Shown: piece after piece, positions 31,471-41,658 of the stretch
How positions within the stretch are numbered: the stretch's first letter is position 1
Layout: every line of letters starts with the position of its first letter
NCBI GenBank assembly: GCA_020632995.1
Contig: JACKEN010000008.1
Location: 114,064 to 178,063, forward strand
Direction: 5' to 3'
DNA: 64,000 nt
Source: Deltaproteobacteria bacterium
GTDB taxonomy: Bacteria > Myxococcota > Kuafuiibacteriia > Kuafuiibacteriales > Kuafuiibacteriaceae
Position numbers and translations under genes: made by a program
Notes under the pieces: generated by a model
Told to the model about the DNA's origin: nothing
Database searches by the model: none
Seen by the model: the letters and a program-made list of their open reading frames with translations, nothing else

Positions 31471-32577
31471 TCAACGTCGCTTGCGAGCCATCGCGGCCTC
31501 GAACTGCTGCCGCAGGATCTCGCCCTTCTCGGGCGCCTCGGTGAGCACCACCGCGCGGTCGTTCTCGAACCCGATGCCCCACGGCGCCAGGGTCGGGGCG
31601 CAGGCCACGGTGAGCTCGCTGATCGGGCGATCATGCAGGGCCACGTGCTCCGCGATGTACTGGTTCACGATGCGGGCGATCGCCTGGGGGACATCGGCGG
31701 ACGCGGTGACCCCGCCGAAGAACACGGTGGCGTCGGTCCACTTGCCGGACTCCAGGGTGCCGTCGAGGAAGTTGGTGAGGGTGTCGCTCGAGAGCTGGTA
31801 GATCAGCTCGGGTGGGAGCTTGGCCCGGGCGGCGAGGTAGCGCGCGCGCCACTCGGCCCAGGAGGGGCCGTCGGGGATCTGGCCCACGATGAAGTAGTTG
31901 GACCACGCGGGGCTGTATTCCGCGCAGATGTCGTAGAAGACCTGGGCGTCCTGTTGCTCCTGCTCGGTGTAGCCGGCCCGGGCGTAGAGCTCGGCGCAGG
32001 CGATGGTGAGCCCGGAGGCCCGGGCGAGCACGAACGAGGAGCTCGGCAGGTGCTGGGACTGCACCGCCATCTTCGCCACCTGCCGCTCCACCCCCGCCTC
32101 GTTGAGGTGCGGGTGGGTGACCCGCACCAGCGCCGCCGCGCTCTCCCACATCTCGCGGTCGCCGTAGGCCACCATGGTGTGGGTCACGAGCATCTTGTCT
32201 CCGGGTGAGAGGTGCTCGAAGTCGCCGACCTTCCGGTACCAGCGGCTGCCGTCCAGCTTGCGCATGGGCGGCTCGAGCGGCGCCCCGTCGTCCATCGGCA
32301 CCACCTTCACCGAGTCGGCCAGGGCCTGGGCGTAGGCGCGGATCGGATCCCGGGTGTCTTCGAGGGTGTGGCAGAAGAGGTCCTCGATGTTCCCGGTGTT
32401 GGCGGGGTTGCGGTTGCGCTCCCCCAGCCGCACCAGGTGCTCGCCCACGATCTCCGCCTGCTCCGCGCTGAGCAGGCCGGTGCGTACGAAGCCCTCCAGG
32501 CGCCCCATGAAGCGGGCGACGCCGCGCCGGTGATCGTCGGACAGGGCGTTCATCCGCGCGACGAGGGCGGCGGGCAT
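31471..32577 (-). CDS. Hypothetical cytoplasmic protein
   Basis: Globular-looking composition with GC-rich third codon positions from MPAALVARMNAL (alternative start 32598). Confidence 0.6.
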   Translation of the reverse strand: MPAALVARMNALSDDHRRGVARFMGRLEGFVRTGLLSAEQAEIVGEHLVRLGERNRNPANTGNIEDLFCHTLEDTRDPIRAYAQALADSVKVVPMDDGAPLEPPMRKLDGSRWYRKVGDFEHLSPGDKMLVTHTMVAYGDREMWESAAALVRVTHPHLNEAGVERQVAKMAVQSQHLPSSSFVLARASGLTIACAELYARAGYTEQEQQDAQVFYDICAEYSPAWSNYFIVGQIPDGPSWAEWRARYLAARAKLPPELIYQLSSDTLTNFLDGTLESGKWTDATVFFGGVTASADVPQAIARIVNQYIAEHVALHDRPISELTVACAPTLAPWGIGFENDRAVVLTEAPEKGEILRQQFEAAMARKRR

Positions 32578-32766
32578 GCTGTAGCCGGGTCGAGTCATTC
32601 TCTTCGGGCGCGGATGCCTCCGGCCATAACTAGCCTCGTTCGGGACCCCTGTCGACATGGCGGCCCCCGTGCTCCACCCCATCGCGTCAGGGTACGCCAC
32701 CCTGGCCCCGGGCGCCGTGACTCGGGTCACTCGCAACTCGCGCCGTCCGGGACTACTCTGCGCCCG

Positions 32767-34014
32767 ATGTCGGAGCGTATGCCGTCGGTGTTGTTGGGCG
32801 TGTCGGGCAGCATCGCCGCCTACAAGGCGGTGGAGGTGGCGCGCCTGCTCGGCAAGGCCGGCGTGCGGGTGCAAGTGGCCATGACGCGCGGCGGCACCGA
32901 GTTCGTGCGCCCGCTCACGTTCGCGGCGATCACCGGGCGCGAAGTTCTCACCGACGTCTTCCAGGTCGCGAGCCCCGGCGGGGGCGCGGAGATCGGGCAC
33001 GTGGAGCGCGCGCACCAGGTCGATCTGGTGTTGGTGGCGCCCGCGTCCGCCAACGTGATGGCGCGGATGGTGGCCGGGATGGCCGACGATCCGCTGACCG
33101 CGACGATCCTCTCGACCCGGGCGCCGGTGATGATCGCGCCGGCGATGGAGTCCGGGATGTGGATGCACCCCGCGACCCAAGACAACCTGGCTTGCCTCGA
33201 GGAGCGCGGGGTGAAGGTCGTCGGCCCGGTCACCGGCGAGCTCGCCTCGGGGCGCGCGGGCATGGGCCGCATGGCGGAGCCCGACGTGATCGTGCGGGCC
33301 GCGCTGGCCATCTTGCGCCCGGGCGACCTCACCGGGCTGGGGATCACCATCACCGCCGGCCCCACCTGGGAGCCGCTGGATCCGGTCCGGATCCTCACCA
33401 ACCGCTCGACCGGGGCGATGGGCATCGCGATCGCCCAGGCGGCCCAGCGCCGCGGCGCCCAGGTGCGGCTCATCCTGGGCCCCACCCACCTGACCCCGCC
33501 CCCCGGGGTGGACGTGCGCCGGGTCGAGACCGCGGCCGAGATGCTCGCCGCCGCCCAGGCGGTCCTCCCGGGCACCGACGTGTTCGTGGCCACCGCGGCG
33601 GTGAGCGACTTCCGCCCCCAGCAGGCGCGGGACCAGAAGCTGAAGCGGAGCGCCCCCGAGGCCCAGACCCTGGCCCTCGCCGAGAACCCTGACGTCCTCG
33701 CGACGATCTCCAGCGCCCTGCGGGCCCGCGGCGCGGCCCGGCCGGCCACCGTGGTGGGCTTCGCGGCCGAGACCGAGGCGGTGGAGGACAACGCCCGCGA
33801 CAAGCTGGTGCGGAAGGGCTGCGACCTCGTGATCGGCAACCTCGTGGGCCCCGAGGCCGGCTTCGGCGCCGGCCAGACCCGGGTGCTCGCGGTGGCCCGG
33901 GACCGGCCCGCGGTGGCCTTCGGGCCCGCCCTCAAGGGCGACGTGGCGGAGTTCGTCCTTGATCAGGTGCTCCGGGTCAGGGATGGCAGTACCCCCGAGG
34001 AGCGAGGCGCATGA
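32767..34014 (+). CDS. coaBC: Bifunctional phosphopantothenoylcysteine decarboxylase/synthase
   Basis: LLGVSGSIAAYK, APASAN, APAMES, ITAGPTWEPLDPVRILTNRSTGAMG, AAVSDF, VGFAAET. Confidence 0.95.
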   Translation: MSERMPSVLLGVSGSIAAYKAVEVARLLGKAGVRVQVAMTRGGTEFVRPLTFAAITGREVLTDVFQVASPGGGAEIGHVERAHQVDLVLVAPASANVMARMVAGMADDPLTATILSTRAPVMIAPAMESGMWMHPATQDNLACLEERGVKVVGPVTGELASGRAGMGRMAEPDVIVRAALAILRPGDLTGLGITITAGPTWEPLDPVRILTNRSTGAMGIAIAQAAQRRGAQVRLILGPTHLTPPPGVDVRRVETAAEMLAAAQAVLPGTDVFVATAAVSDFRPQQARDQKLKRSAPEAQTLALAENPDVLATISSALRARGAARPATVVGFAAETEAVEDNARDKLVRKGCDLVIGNLVGPEAGFGAGQTRVLAVARDRPAVAFGPALKGDVAEFVLDQVLRVRDGSTPEERGA

Positions 34015-35369
34015 GTCAGAACCTGGACGAGCTCCACACCCTGGTCCGTCAGCTCCGCGCCGAGCTGAGCTGGGCGGCCCGCACCGGCATCCAGGTGGCG
34101 CCGGTGCCGGTGCCGCCGGAGGAGGGCCCGCCGCCCCCCGAGCTCCCGCCCCCGCCCGGCTGGAACGACCCGCCCCCCGCCCCCGCGGTGCAGGCCGAGG
34201 CGCCCCGGCCCAAGCCCCCGGTGAAGCGCAGCGCGGATCCGCGCAAGCCGTGGGAGGCCTACATGCCCGAGCCGGGGTCGGAGCCCGAGGCGGAGGCCGA
34301 GGCGCCGGCGCCGTCCGGGCCGCTGATGCCGCCGAACTGGGCCGGGGACGCGGCGCAGGCCCCCGCGACGCACGAGACCCCCGCGCCTCGATCCGAGGCC
34401 CCCACGAGTGCGCAGGGAGACGCGCCGCAGGTCCATGCGGCAGCGCCCGCACCCACGTCGAGTGCGCCGCGGCAAGTCTCTGGTGACGCCGCGCCGAGCT
34501 CTGCTCCGCCGGTTCCCGTGGCCGCGGCCTCGACGCCCGTCGCGGCGTCGCATGCCCCAACTACGCTCACTGCGGCGTCCGCCCTGCAGGAACACGCGCC
34601 GTCAACACAACCTGCATATCGGGACGACGCGCCGCCGCCGCACTCCGCGCCAGTGAATGCCCCGGCAGCGCACCTTGCGCCGCCCGCGGCCCACGGCACC
34701 CCGCCGGCCCCCACCGACACCCCCGACTGGGCCACCCCGAGCGCCCCCGGCACCTCGCGCCTCCCGGTCCTCTCGGCCGAGCTCGCGGCCTGCGCCACCC
34801 TGGAGCACGTCCAGGACGTGCTGGGCCCCTGCACGCGCTGCAAGCTCCACCGCCTGGGCCGCCAGAAGATCGTGTTCGGGGTCGGCAACCCGCACGCCGA
34901 CGTGATGTTCGTGGGCGAGGGCCCCGGCGCCGACGAGGACCGCATCGGCGAGCCCTTCGTCGGCAAGGCCGGGCAGCTCCTCACCCGCATCATCGAGAAC
35001 GGGATGGGGCTGCCGCGCTCCGCCGTCTACATCGCCAACGTGGTGAAGTGCCGCCCGCCCCAGAACCGCGATCCGGAGCCGGACGAGATGGAGGCGTGTG
35101 AGCCGTTCCTGCTCGCCCAGATCCGGCTGGTGCAGCCCCGCGTCCTGGTGACCCTGGGCCGCCCCGCCACCCAGACCCTGCTCCGGAACACCATCCCGAT
35201 CACCAAGCAGCGCGGCAAGTGGACCCACTTCAACGGCATCCCCCTGATGCCCACCTTCCACCCCGCCTACGTGCTCAGGAACCCGGCGGAGAAGCGGCCG
35301 GTGTGGGAAGATATCCAGGAGGTCATGCGCTTCCTGCGATTGCCCATCCCCTCGAGGAGGGGCCAGTGA
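34011..35369 (+). CDS. Family-4 uracil-DNA glycosylase with a long Pro/Ala-rich N-terminal extension
   Basis: CTRCKL, VGEGPGADED, GEPFVGKAG, NVVKCRPP, PTFHPAY. Confidence 0.92.
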   Translation: MSQNLDELHTLVRQLRAELSWAARTGIQVAPVPVPPEEGPPPPELPPPPGWNDPPPAPAVQAEAPRPKPPVKRSADPRKPWEAYMPEPGSEPEAEAEAPAPSGPLMPPNWAGDAAQAPATHETPAPRSEAPTSAQGDAPQVHAAAPAPTSSAPRQVSGDAAPSSAPPVPVAAASTPVAASHAPTTLTAASALQEHAPSTQPAYRDDAPPPHSAPVNAPAAHLAPPAAHGTPPAPTDTPDWATPSAPGTSRLPVLSAELAACATLEHVQDVLGPCTRCKLHRLGRQKIVFGVGNPHADVMFVGEGPGADEDRIGEPFVGKAGQLLTRIIENGMGLPRSAVYIANVVKCRPPQNRDPEPDEMEACEPFLLAQIRLVQPRVLVTLGRPATQTLLRNTIPITKQRGKWTHFNGIPLMPTFHPAYVLRNPAEKRPVWEDIQEVMRFLRLPIPSRRGQ

Positions 35370-36835
35370 TGTCCGCCCGCGCCGCGTTCCTCGTCGCGTT
35401 CCTCGCCTCCGGCGCCGCCTACGCGCAACTCCCCTTGCCGTTCGGCGCCCCCGCCCCGGCCGAGAAGAAGGAGACGAAGAAGAGCGAGGTCGAGGCCGAC
35501 GAGCCGGCGGTGACCAACGACAAGGTCTACACCCGGCCCGCCCCGGTGCCCCTGCCCGAGGGCCCGGCCCGCGTGCTCACCGGGTCGGTGGCGGTGGTGA
35601 AGTTCGACGCCATCGTGAGCCCCGGGATGGGCGAGTACGTGGTCGAGGCGATCGAGCGCGCCACCCGCGAGCAGGCCCAGCTGGTCCTCATCGAGATGGA
35701 CACCCCGGGCGGGCTCGTCTCCACCACCGAGAAGATGGTGCAAGCCATCTTGACGTCCAAGGTGCCGGTGGTGGTGCACGTGACCCCGAGCGGCGCCCAC
35801 GCGGCCAGCGCGGGCACCTTCATCACCCTGGCCGCCCACGTGGCCGCGATGTCGCCCGCCACCCGCATCGGCGCCGCCCACCCGGTCACCGGGGGCGGGA
35901 AGGACCCGGAGGCCGAGGGCGGCAAGCACATGGCGGCCAAGGTCGAGAACGACCTGTTGGCCCTGGTGGAGGGCATCGCCAAGCACCGAAACCGCAACGT
36001 GGAGTGGGCCAAGGACGCGGTCCAGCACTCCATCTCGGCTCCCGCCGACCGGGCCCTCGAGATCGGGGTCATCGACCTCATCGCCACCGACCGGCAAGAT
36101 CTGTTGCAGAAGCTGGACGGCTACGAGCTCGACCTGAACGGAAAGAAGGTCGCCTTGCAGACCCGCGGGGCCCGGGTGGTGGAGTACCAGCCCTCCCTCC
36201 GCGACCGGCTCCTGGCCCTGCTGGCCGACCCCGGGGTGGCGATGCTCCTCGGGGTGCTCGGCCTCATCGGGATCATGGTCGAGATCTACCACCCCGGCAT
36301 GATCGCCCCCGGCGTGATGGGGGTGCTCTGCATCCTGTGCTCCCTCATCGCGATGGAGCAGCTCCCGATCGACGTGGGCGCGGCGCTGTTGGCCCTGGCC
36401 GGGGTGGGCTTGCTCATCGCCGAGACCTTCACCCCCACCCACGGGGTGCTCGGGGTGCTGGGCGGCATCGGCCTCACGATCGGGCTCCTCCTCCTCATGG
36501 ATCCTTCGAACCCCGACTTCGCGGTCGACCCCAGCCTCTCCCTCAGCCTGTGGGACGTGTTGCCCCTGGTGGCGCTCCTCGCGCTGTTCGTGGCCTACCT
36601 CTCGGTGTTCGTGGTGCGCCGGCGTCGGACCCGCCCGACCACCGGGAGCGAGGGCCTCATCGGGCAGGTGGGTCAGGTGCTCCAGGCGGTCGGGCCCGAG
36701 GGCGGGCAGGTGTTCGTGGCGGGTGAGTACTGGAAGGCCCGCGCGACCGAGACCATCCCCGAGCAGGAGTCGGTCGAGGTGGTGAAGGTCGAGGGCCTGG
36801 TGCTGGAGGTCCGCAGGCGCCATGGCCGCGCGTAG
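35369..36835 (+). CDS. nfeD: NfeD-family membrane serine protease (long form)
   Basis: EMDTPGG, AASAG (Ser), TRIGAAHPV; TM bundle; C-terminal OB fold GQVFVAGEYWKA. Confidence 0.9.
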   Translation: MSARAAFLVAFLASGAAYAQLPLPFGAPAPAEKKETKKSEVEADEPAVTNDKVYTRPAPVPLPEGPARVLTGSVAVVKFDAIVSPGMGEYVVEAIERATREQAQLVLIEMDTPGGLVSTTEKMVQAILTSKVPVVVHVTPSGAHAASAGTFITLAAHVAAMSPATRIGAAHPVTGGGKDPEAEGGKHMAAKVENDLLALVEGIAKHRNRNVEWAKDAVQHSISAPADRALEIGVIDLIATDRQDLLQKLDGYELDLNGKKVALQTRGARVVEYQPSLRDRLLALLADPGVAMLLGVLGLIGIMVEIYHPGMIAPGVMGVLCILCSLIAMEQLPIDVGAALLALAGVGLLIAETFTPTHGVLGVLGGIGLTIGLLLLMDPSNPDFAVDPSLSLSLWDVLPLVALLALFVAYLSVFVVRRRRTRPTTGSEGLIGQVGQVLQAVGPEGGQVFVAGEYWKARATETIPEQESVEVVKVEGLVLEVRRRHGRA

Positions 36836-37928
36836 GCTCGGGGCGCTGGCCGTCCTAGCGCTGGCCGCCTGCGGCGGGGGCGCAGAGGGGCCGCCGGACG
36901 ATCCGAACATCCCCCTCGACACGCTCTGCCAGGAGCTCGCGGCGGCGGACTGCGCGCGGCTGTCGACCTGCGACGCGCTCTATCCGCCCATGGACGCCGC
37001 GGGCTGCAACGCGCGGCAGGCGATCGTGGTCTGCGCGCCGATGCAGGTCGCCTTTCAAGCCGCCCAGGCGGCCCAGACCCTGGACTACTTCGAGCTCGCG
37101 GCCCGGGACTGCCGGGACGCGGTGGGCAAGCTGTCCTGCGACATCGGGCCCGACCACGACCCGCTCGACCTCCCGGAGTGCCGGGCGATGGTGGCGGGCA
37201 CCGGCACCGACGGCGACCCCTGCCACCTGGGCCTGGCCTGCGCGGACGGCTTCGTGTGCGACGTGGGGGCGGCGTGCCCCGGGCGCTGCCTCCCCCTGAT
37301 CGGGAACAACCAGCCGTGCACCGCGGCCGACCACTGCGCGGCCGAGCTGTACTGCGACCTGATGGCGATGCGCTGCCTCCCCCGGGCGCCGCTCGGCGCG
37401 GCCTGCGCGCTGTCGCTGTCGGGGAGCTCGTGCGCGGACGGCGCGTTCTGCGACCGCATCAACCCCGGCAACCCGACCTGCACTGCGGCCCGAGGTCGCA
37501 ATCAAGGTTGCACTCAGGACGCGGAGTGCGCGGGCGGGGCGAGCTGCGTCCGGAACCGCTGCTCCGCCGGCCTCGACGGTGACGCCTGCCTGAGCTCGGT
37601 GGACTGCGCGCCAGGCCTCGCCTGCGGCAACAATGGCTGCCGGGCGCCCCAGGGCCCGGACGAGGCCTGCGCCCCGGGGGGCACCCCCTGCCTCCCCGGC
37701 CTCACCTGCACCACCACCACCGCGGGCGATCGCTGCGTGGCCCAGCTGGCGCCCGGCGTGCCCTGCCGCCCCGATGGGCCGGAGTGCTTCCTCGGGGCAT
37801 GCCATGACGGGGTATGCCGGCGGGGCCAGGCGGACGGGGGCGCGTGCGGGGTCGCAGAGGAGTGCCTGCCGGGCCGCACCTGCGAGGGCGGCCGGTGCAC
37901 GGTGATCCCCGCGGACTGTCGGCCATAG
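36822..37928 (+). CDS. Cys-rich lipoprotein (Dickkopf-like repeats)
   Basis: Lipobox ALAAC; many C-x5-C..GL.C units. Confidence 0.75.
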   Translation: MAARRLGALAVLALAACGGGAEGPPDDPNIPLDTLCQELAAADCARLSTCDALYPPMDAAGCNARQAIVVCAPMQVAFQAAQAAQTLDYFELAARDCRDAVGKLSCDIGPDHDPLDLPECRAMVAGTGTDGDPCHLGLACADGFVCDVGAACPGRCLPLIGNNQPCTAADHCAAELYCDLMAMRCLPRAPLGAACALSLSGSSCADGAFCDRINPGNPTCTAARGRNQGCTQDAECAGGASCVRNRCSAGLDGDACLSSVDCAPGLACGNNGCRAPQGPDEACAPGGTPCLPGLTCTTTTAGDRCVAQLAPGVPCRPDGPECFLGACHDGVCRRGQADGGACGVAEECLPGRTCEGGRCTVIPADCRP

Positions 37929-37990
37929 GGTCCCGGGCCGCCCTGGTCCCGCGGGTCCTTTCGCGCTTGAAGCCATATGTGTCTGCGTTG

Positions 37991-38941
37991 ATGACCGATG
38001 CGACGCGGGGTGCTAGCGTCCGCGCACCGATGGACCGGCCGTCCTATCATCTCAGCAACCTGGACAGCCTCGAGGCGGAGTCGATCCACATCATCCGGGA
38101 GGTGGCGGCGCAGTTCGAGCGCCCGGCCATCCTCTTCTCCGGAGGCAAGGACTCGGTGGCGGTGGTGCACCTGGCCCGAAAGGCGTTCTGGCCGGCTCGC
38201 ATCCCGTTCCCGCTCATGCACGTGGACACCGGTCACAACTTTCCCGAGACCATTCAGTATCGAGACGACCTGGTGGCCAAGCTCGGGGTGGAGCTGGTGG
38301 TCGCGAGCGTCCAGGAGTCGATCGACCAGGGCCGGGTGGTGGAGGAGACGGGGCCCAACGCCTCCCGTAACGCCCTTCAGACCGTGACGCTGTTGGACGC
38401 GATCGAGGCCAACGGCTTCGACGCGTGCCTGGGCGGGGCCCGGCGCGACGAAGAGAAGGCCCGGGCCAAGGAGCGGGTGTTCAGCCACCGCAACGGGTTC
38501 GGGCAGTGGGACCCGCGGAACCAGCGCCCCGAGCTGTGGACCCTCTACAACGGCAAGAAGGCCTTCGGTGAGCACTTTCGGGTCTTCCCGCTCTCCAACT
38601 GGACCGAGCTGGACGTGTGGCAGTACATCGCCCGCGAGCAGATCGAGCTCCCCAGCCTCTACTTCGCCCACCAACGCGAGGTGGTCGACCGCCGCGGCGT
38701 CCTGATGGCGGTGACCGACTGCACCCCGGTGCGGGACGGCGAGCAGGCCGAGTTGCGCACCGTGCGCTTTCGTACCGTGGGTGACGCGACGTGCACCGGC
38801 GCCACCGCCTCCACCGCGGCCAACCTGCAGGACATCATCATGGAGGTGGCCGCCGCGCGTCAGACCGAGCGCGGCGGGCGCACCGACGATCAGCGCTCCG
38901 AGGCGGCGATGGAAGACCGCAAGCGCGAGGGGTACTTCTAG
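37991..38941 (+). CDS. cysD: Sulfate adenylyltransferase subunit 2
   Basis: LEAESIHIIREV, LFSGGKDS, GGARRDEEKARAKER, RFRTVGD. Alternative start 38030. Confidence 0.95.
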   Translation: MTDATRGASVRAPMDRPSYHLSNLDSLEAESIHIIREVAAQFERPAILFSGGKDSVAVVHLARKAFWPARIPFPLMHVDTGHNFPETIQYRDDLVAKLGVELVVASVQESIDQGRVVEETGPNASRNALQTVTLLDAIEANGFDACLGGARRDEEKARAKERVFSHRNGFGQWDPRNQRPELWTLYNGKKAFGEHFRVFPLSNWTELDVWQYIAREQIELPSLYFAHQREVVDRRGVLMAVTDCTPVRDGEQAELRTVRFRTVGDATCTGATASTAANLQDIIMEVAAARQTERGGRTDDQRSEAAMEDRKREGYF

Positions 38942-38943
38942 AG

Positions 38944-40215
38944 ATGGCGATCTCCAGCCACATGGACCTGTTGCGTCTGTCCACCGCGGGCAGCGTAGAT
39001 GACGGCAAGAGCACCCTGATCGGGCGGCTCCTCTACGACACCAAGTCCATCTTCGAGGACCAGCTCGCCCAGGTCGAGGCGAGCACCAAGCGCCGCGGCC
39101 AGGACGGCATCGACCTGTCGCTGTTGACGGACGGCCTGCGCGCGGAGCGCGAGCAGGGCATCACCATCGACGTGGCGTACCGCTACTTCGCCACCCCGAA
39201 GCGCAAGTTCATCATCGCCGACACCCCCGGGCACGTGCAGTACACCCGGAACATGGTCACCGGGGCTTCGCACTGTGATCTCGCCATCGTGCTCGTGGAC
39301 GCGCGCAAGGGCGTGGTCGAGCAGACCTGCCGCCACGCCTTCCTCGCCTCGCTGCTGAGGATCCGCCACATCGTGCTGGCGGTGAACAAGATGGACCTCG
39401 TCGACTACTCGGAGGCGGTGTTCGACGAGATCGTGGCCGAGTTCAAGGGCTTCGCGGCGCGCCTCTCGCTCGACGACCTCACCTGCATCCCGATCTCGGC
39501 CCTCAACGGCGACAACATCGTCACCCGCTCCAAGGAGACGCCCTGGTACGACGGGCCCACCCTCCTGTACACGCTCGAGAACAGCTACGTGGCCGGCCAG
39601 GGCAACTACGTGGATCCGCGCTTCCCGGTGCAGTACGTGATCCGCCCCAAGACCCCCGAGTACCACGACTTCCGTGGGTATGCAGGCTCGGTTGCGGGCG
39701 GCGTGTTCCGGCCGGGCGAGGAGGTGGTGGTGATGCCGAGCGGCTTCACCACCCGCATCAAGAGCATCCACGCGGCCGAGAAGAGCCTGGACGAGGCGTT
39801 CTTCCCCCAGTCGGTGGTGATGACCCTCGAGGACGAGATCGACGCGAGCCGCGGCGACATGATCGCCAAGCCGCGCAACCACCCCGAGGTGGCCCAGGAC
39901 CTCGACGTGATGCTGTGCTGGTTCTCGGAGCGCGCCCCGCTCCGGCCGCGGGGCAAGTACCTGCTGCGCCACACGAGCATGGAGACGCTCGCGATGGTCA
40001 CCGACGTCATCTACAAGGTCGACGTCAACACCCTGCACCGCATGGAGCAGAAGGACGTGGGCCTCAACGACATCGCCCGCGTCACCATCCGCACCTCGGC
40101 CCCGGTGATGTTCGACGCCTACGCGAAGAACCGGAACACCGGCGGGGTGATCCTGGTGGACGAGCGCACCCACGAGACGGTGGCGGCGGGGATGATCCGC
40201 GGCAAGGCGGGTTGA
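38944..40215 (+). CDS. cysN: Sulfate adenylyltransferase subunit 1 (GTPase), no fused APS kinase
   Basis: TAGSVDDGKSTLIGRLL, EREQGITIDVAYRYF, DTPGH, NKMD. Confidence 0.95.
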   Translation: MAISSHMDLLRLSTAGSVDDGKSTLIGRLLYDTKSIFEDQLAQVEASTKRRGQDGIDLSLLTDGLRAEREQGITIDVAYRYFATPKRKFIIADTPGHVQYTRNMVTGASHCDLAIVLVDARKGVVEQTCRHAFLASLLRIRHIVLAVNKMDLVDYSEAVFDEIVAEFKGFAARLSLDDLTCIPISALNGDNIVTRSKETPWYDGPTLLYTLENSYVAGQGNYVDPRFPVQYVIRPKTPEYHDFRGYAGSVAGGVFRPGEEVVVMPSGFTTRIKSIHAAEKSLDEAFFPQSVVMTLEDEIDASRGDMIAKPRNHPEVAQDLDVMLCWFSERAPLRPRGKYLLRHTSMETLAMVTDVIYKVDVNTLHRMEQKDVGLNDIARVTIRTSAPVMFDAYAKNRNTGGVILVDERTHETVAAGMIRGKAG

Positions 40216-40329
40216 CGGTCCGGTGCAAGGTGGCCGTGAGGCGGAAGGGCGGCTCGAGGGCGCGCACCTTGAGCCCTGACGCAGGCCCGGAGCTGGACAG
40301 GACGCCTCCCTTCATGGGAACACCGGAGC

Positions 40330-41658
40330 GTGGACGAGGCCAAGCTCCGGTACTACTACAACCGCTGCGACCCGGCCGAGCCGCTCGACCCGGACGACGA
40401 GCGCCGGGTGCCGCTGAACCGCTTCGGGGCCGGGAATGTCTATATCCGAGGTGCAGACTGGACGGCCCGCCTGAGCAGGAAGTTCCTCCTCCCCGAGCGG
40501 CCTACGTGTATCCTCTTCACCGGTCTCAGGGGTTCAGGCAAGACGACCGAGCTCCGGGCACTTGCCCAGGCTCTCGATAGCCACGATGGCGGCGCCATCC
40601 TCCCCGTGCTCCTGTCCGCCGAAGATGGCGTCGAGTTGACTGCCCCGATCGACATCCCCGAGATCATGTTCACCATCATCGAGGGCCTGGAGCGCAAGGT
40701 CCTGGAGCTGGAGGGCAAGGCTTCAGATGAAGCGCTCGACAGGAGCGTGGTCGGGCGCCTGTGGGACTGGCTCGGGCAGACCGACGTGAGCATGCCTCGG
40801 CTCGAGATGGGCGCGGGCGGCCCCAAGGTGGGGATCGAACTGAAGACCCGCCCCACGCTTCGGCAGCAGGTCCGGGTGGCGGTGGAGCAGAGGCTGAGCA
40901 CCTTCCTCCAGGAGGTGCGGTACCACATCAAGGCCTTGGAGGAGCGGGTGAAGGCGGCTCAGCCCAGGTATCGGCGGGTGGTGGTCATCCTGGACTCGCT
41001 GGAGAAGCTCCAGGGCACGAGCTCGAACTGGCGAGAAGTGATGGAGAGCGCAGAGAAGCTCTTCGCGGGGGGAGCGCCCTACCTCCAGCTGGGCGTGCAC
41101 GTCCTCTACACCGTCCCGCCCGCGCTCCTGTTCCGGCTCGGCGGAACGGTGGAATTTCTCCCCATGATCAAGGTCCGGGATCGAGGCGGTGCACCTTTCG
41201 AGCCTGGAGTGGGTGCCGCCAGGTCGTTGGTCCAACACCGGATCGACGTGACGGACCTGGCTGCAATCCTCGGCGACGACTGGGGTGACCGGCTGGACCG
41301 GATCATCGCGTGGTCCGGTGGCTATCCAAGGGATCTGGTTCGAGTGCTCCACGCGCTCCTGGAGTCAGAGCAGTTCCCCGTCCCAGACGCTGAGCTCGAC
41401 CGGGCGCTCTTTCAGCTGGGTGACGAGTACCGACGCATCGTATTTCGGGAGGAGGCGGAGTGGCTGCGACGGCTAGGTGACGAGAAGCAGCTCCGCATCC
41501 TGGACGGGAACCATCGTGAAGCGGTGGACTTCATGCTCCAGAACAACGTCATCCTGCGCTACGTAAACAGCGAGGAGTGGTACGATCTCCACCCCGCGCT
41601 GGGCGACCTCAGCACTCACCTCACGAAGGAGGCGATCGATCAGGATGTCCGGCCGTGA
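40330..41658 (+). CDS. P-loop (AAA/KAP/STAND-like) ATPase
   Basis: Walker A GLRGSGKTT; Walker B VVILDSLEK; SGGYPRD helix motif; ends WYDLHP. Confidence 0.8.
   Translation: MDEAKLRYYYNRCDPAEPLDPDDERRVPLNRFGAGNVYIRGADWTARLSRKFLLPERPTCILFTGLRGSGKTTELRALAQALDSHDGGAILPVLLSAEDGVELTAPIDIPEIMFTIIEGLERKVLELEGKASDEALDRSVVGRLWDWLGQTDVSMPRLEMGAGGPKVGIELKTRPTLRQQVRVAVEQRLSTFLQEVRYHIKALEERVKAAQPRYRRVVVILDSLEKLQGTSSNWREVMESAEKLFAGGAPYLQLGVHVLYTVPPALLFRLGGTVEFLPMIKVRDRGGAPFEPGVGAARSLVQHRIDVTDLAAILGDDWGDRLDRIIAWSGGYPRDLVRVLHALLESEQFPVPDAELDRALFQLGDEYRRIVFREEAEWLRRLGDEKQLRILDGNHREAVDFMLQNNVILRYVNSEEWYDLHPALGDLSTHLTKEAIDQDVRP

Noticed and set aside
37991-40215. cysDN without cysC
   Set aside because: Common where APS reductase is used or cysC lies elsewhere.
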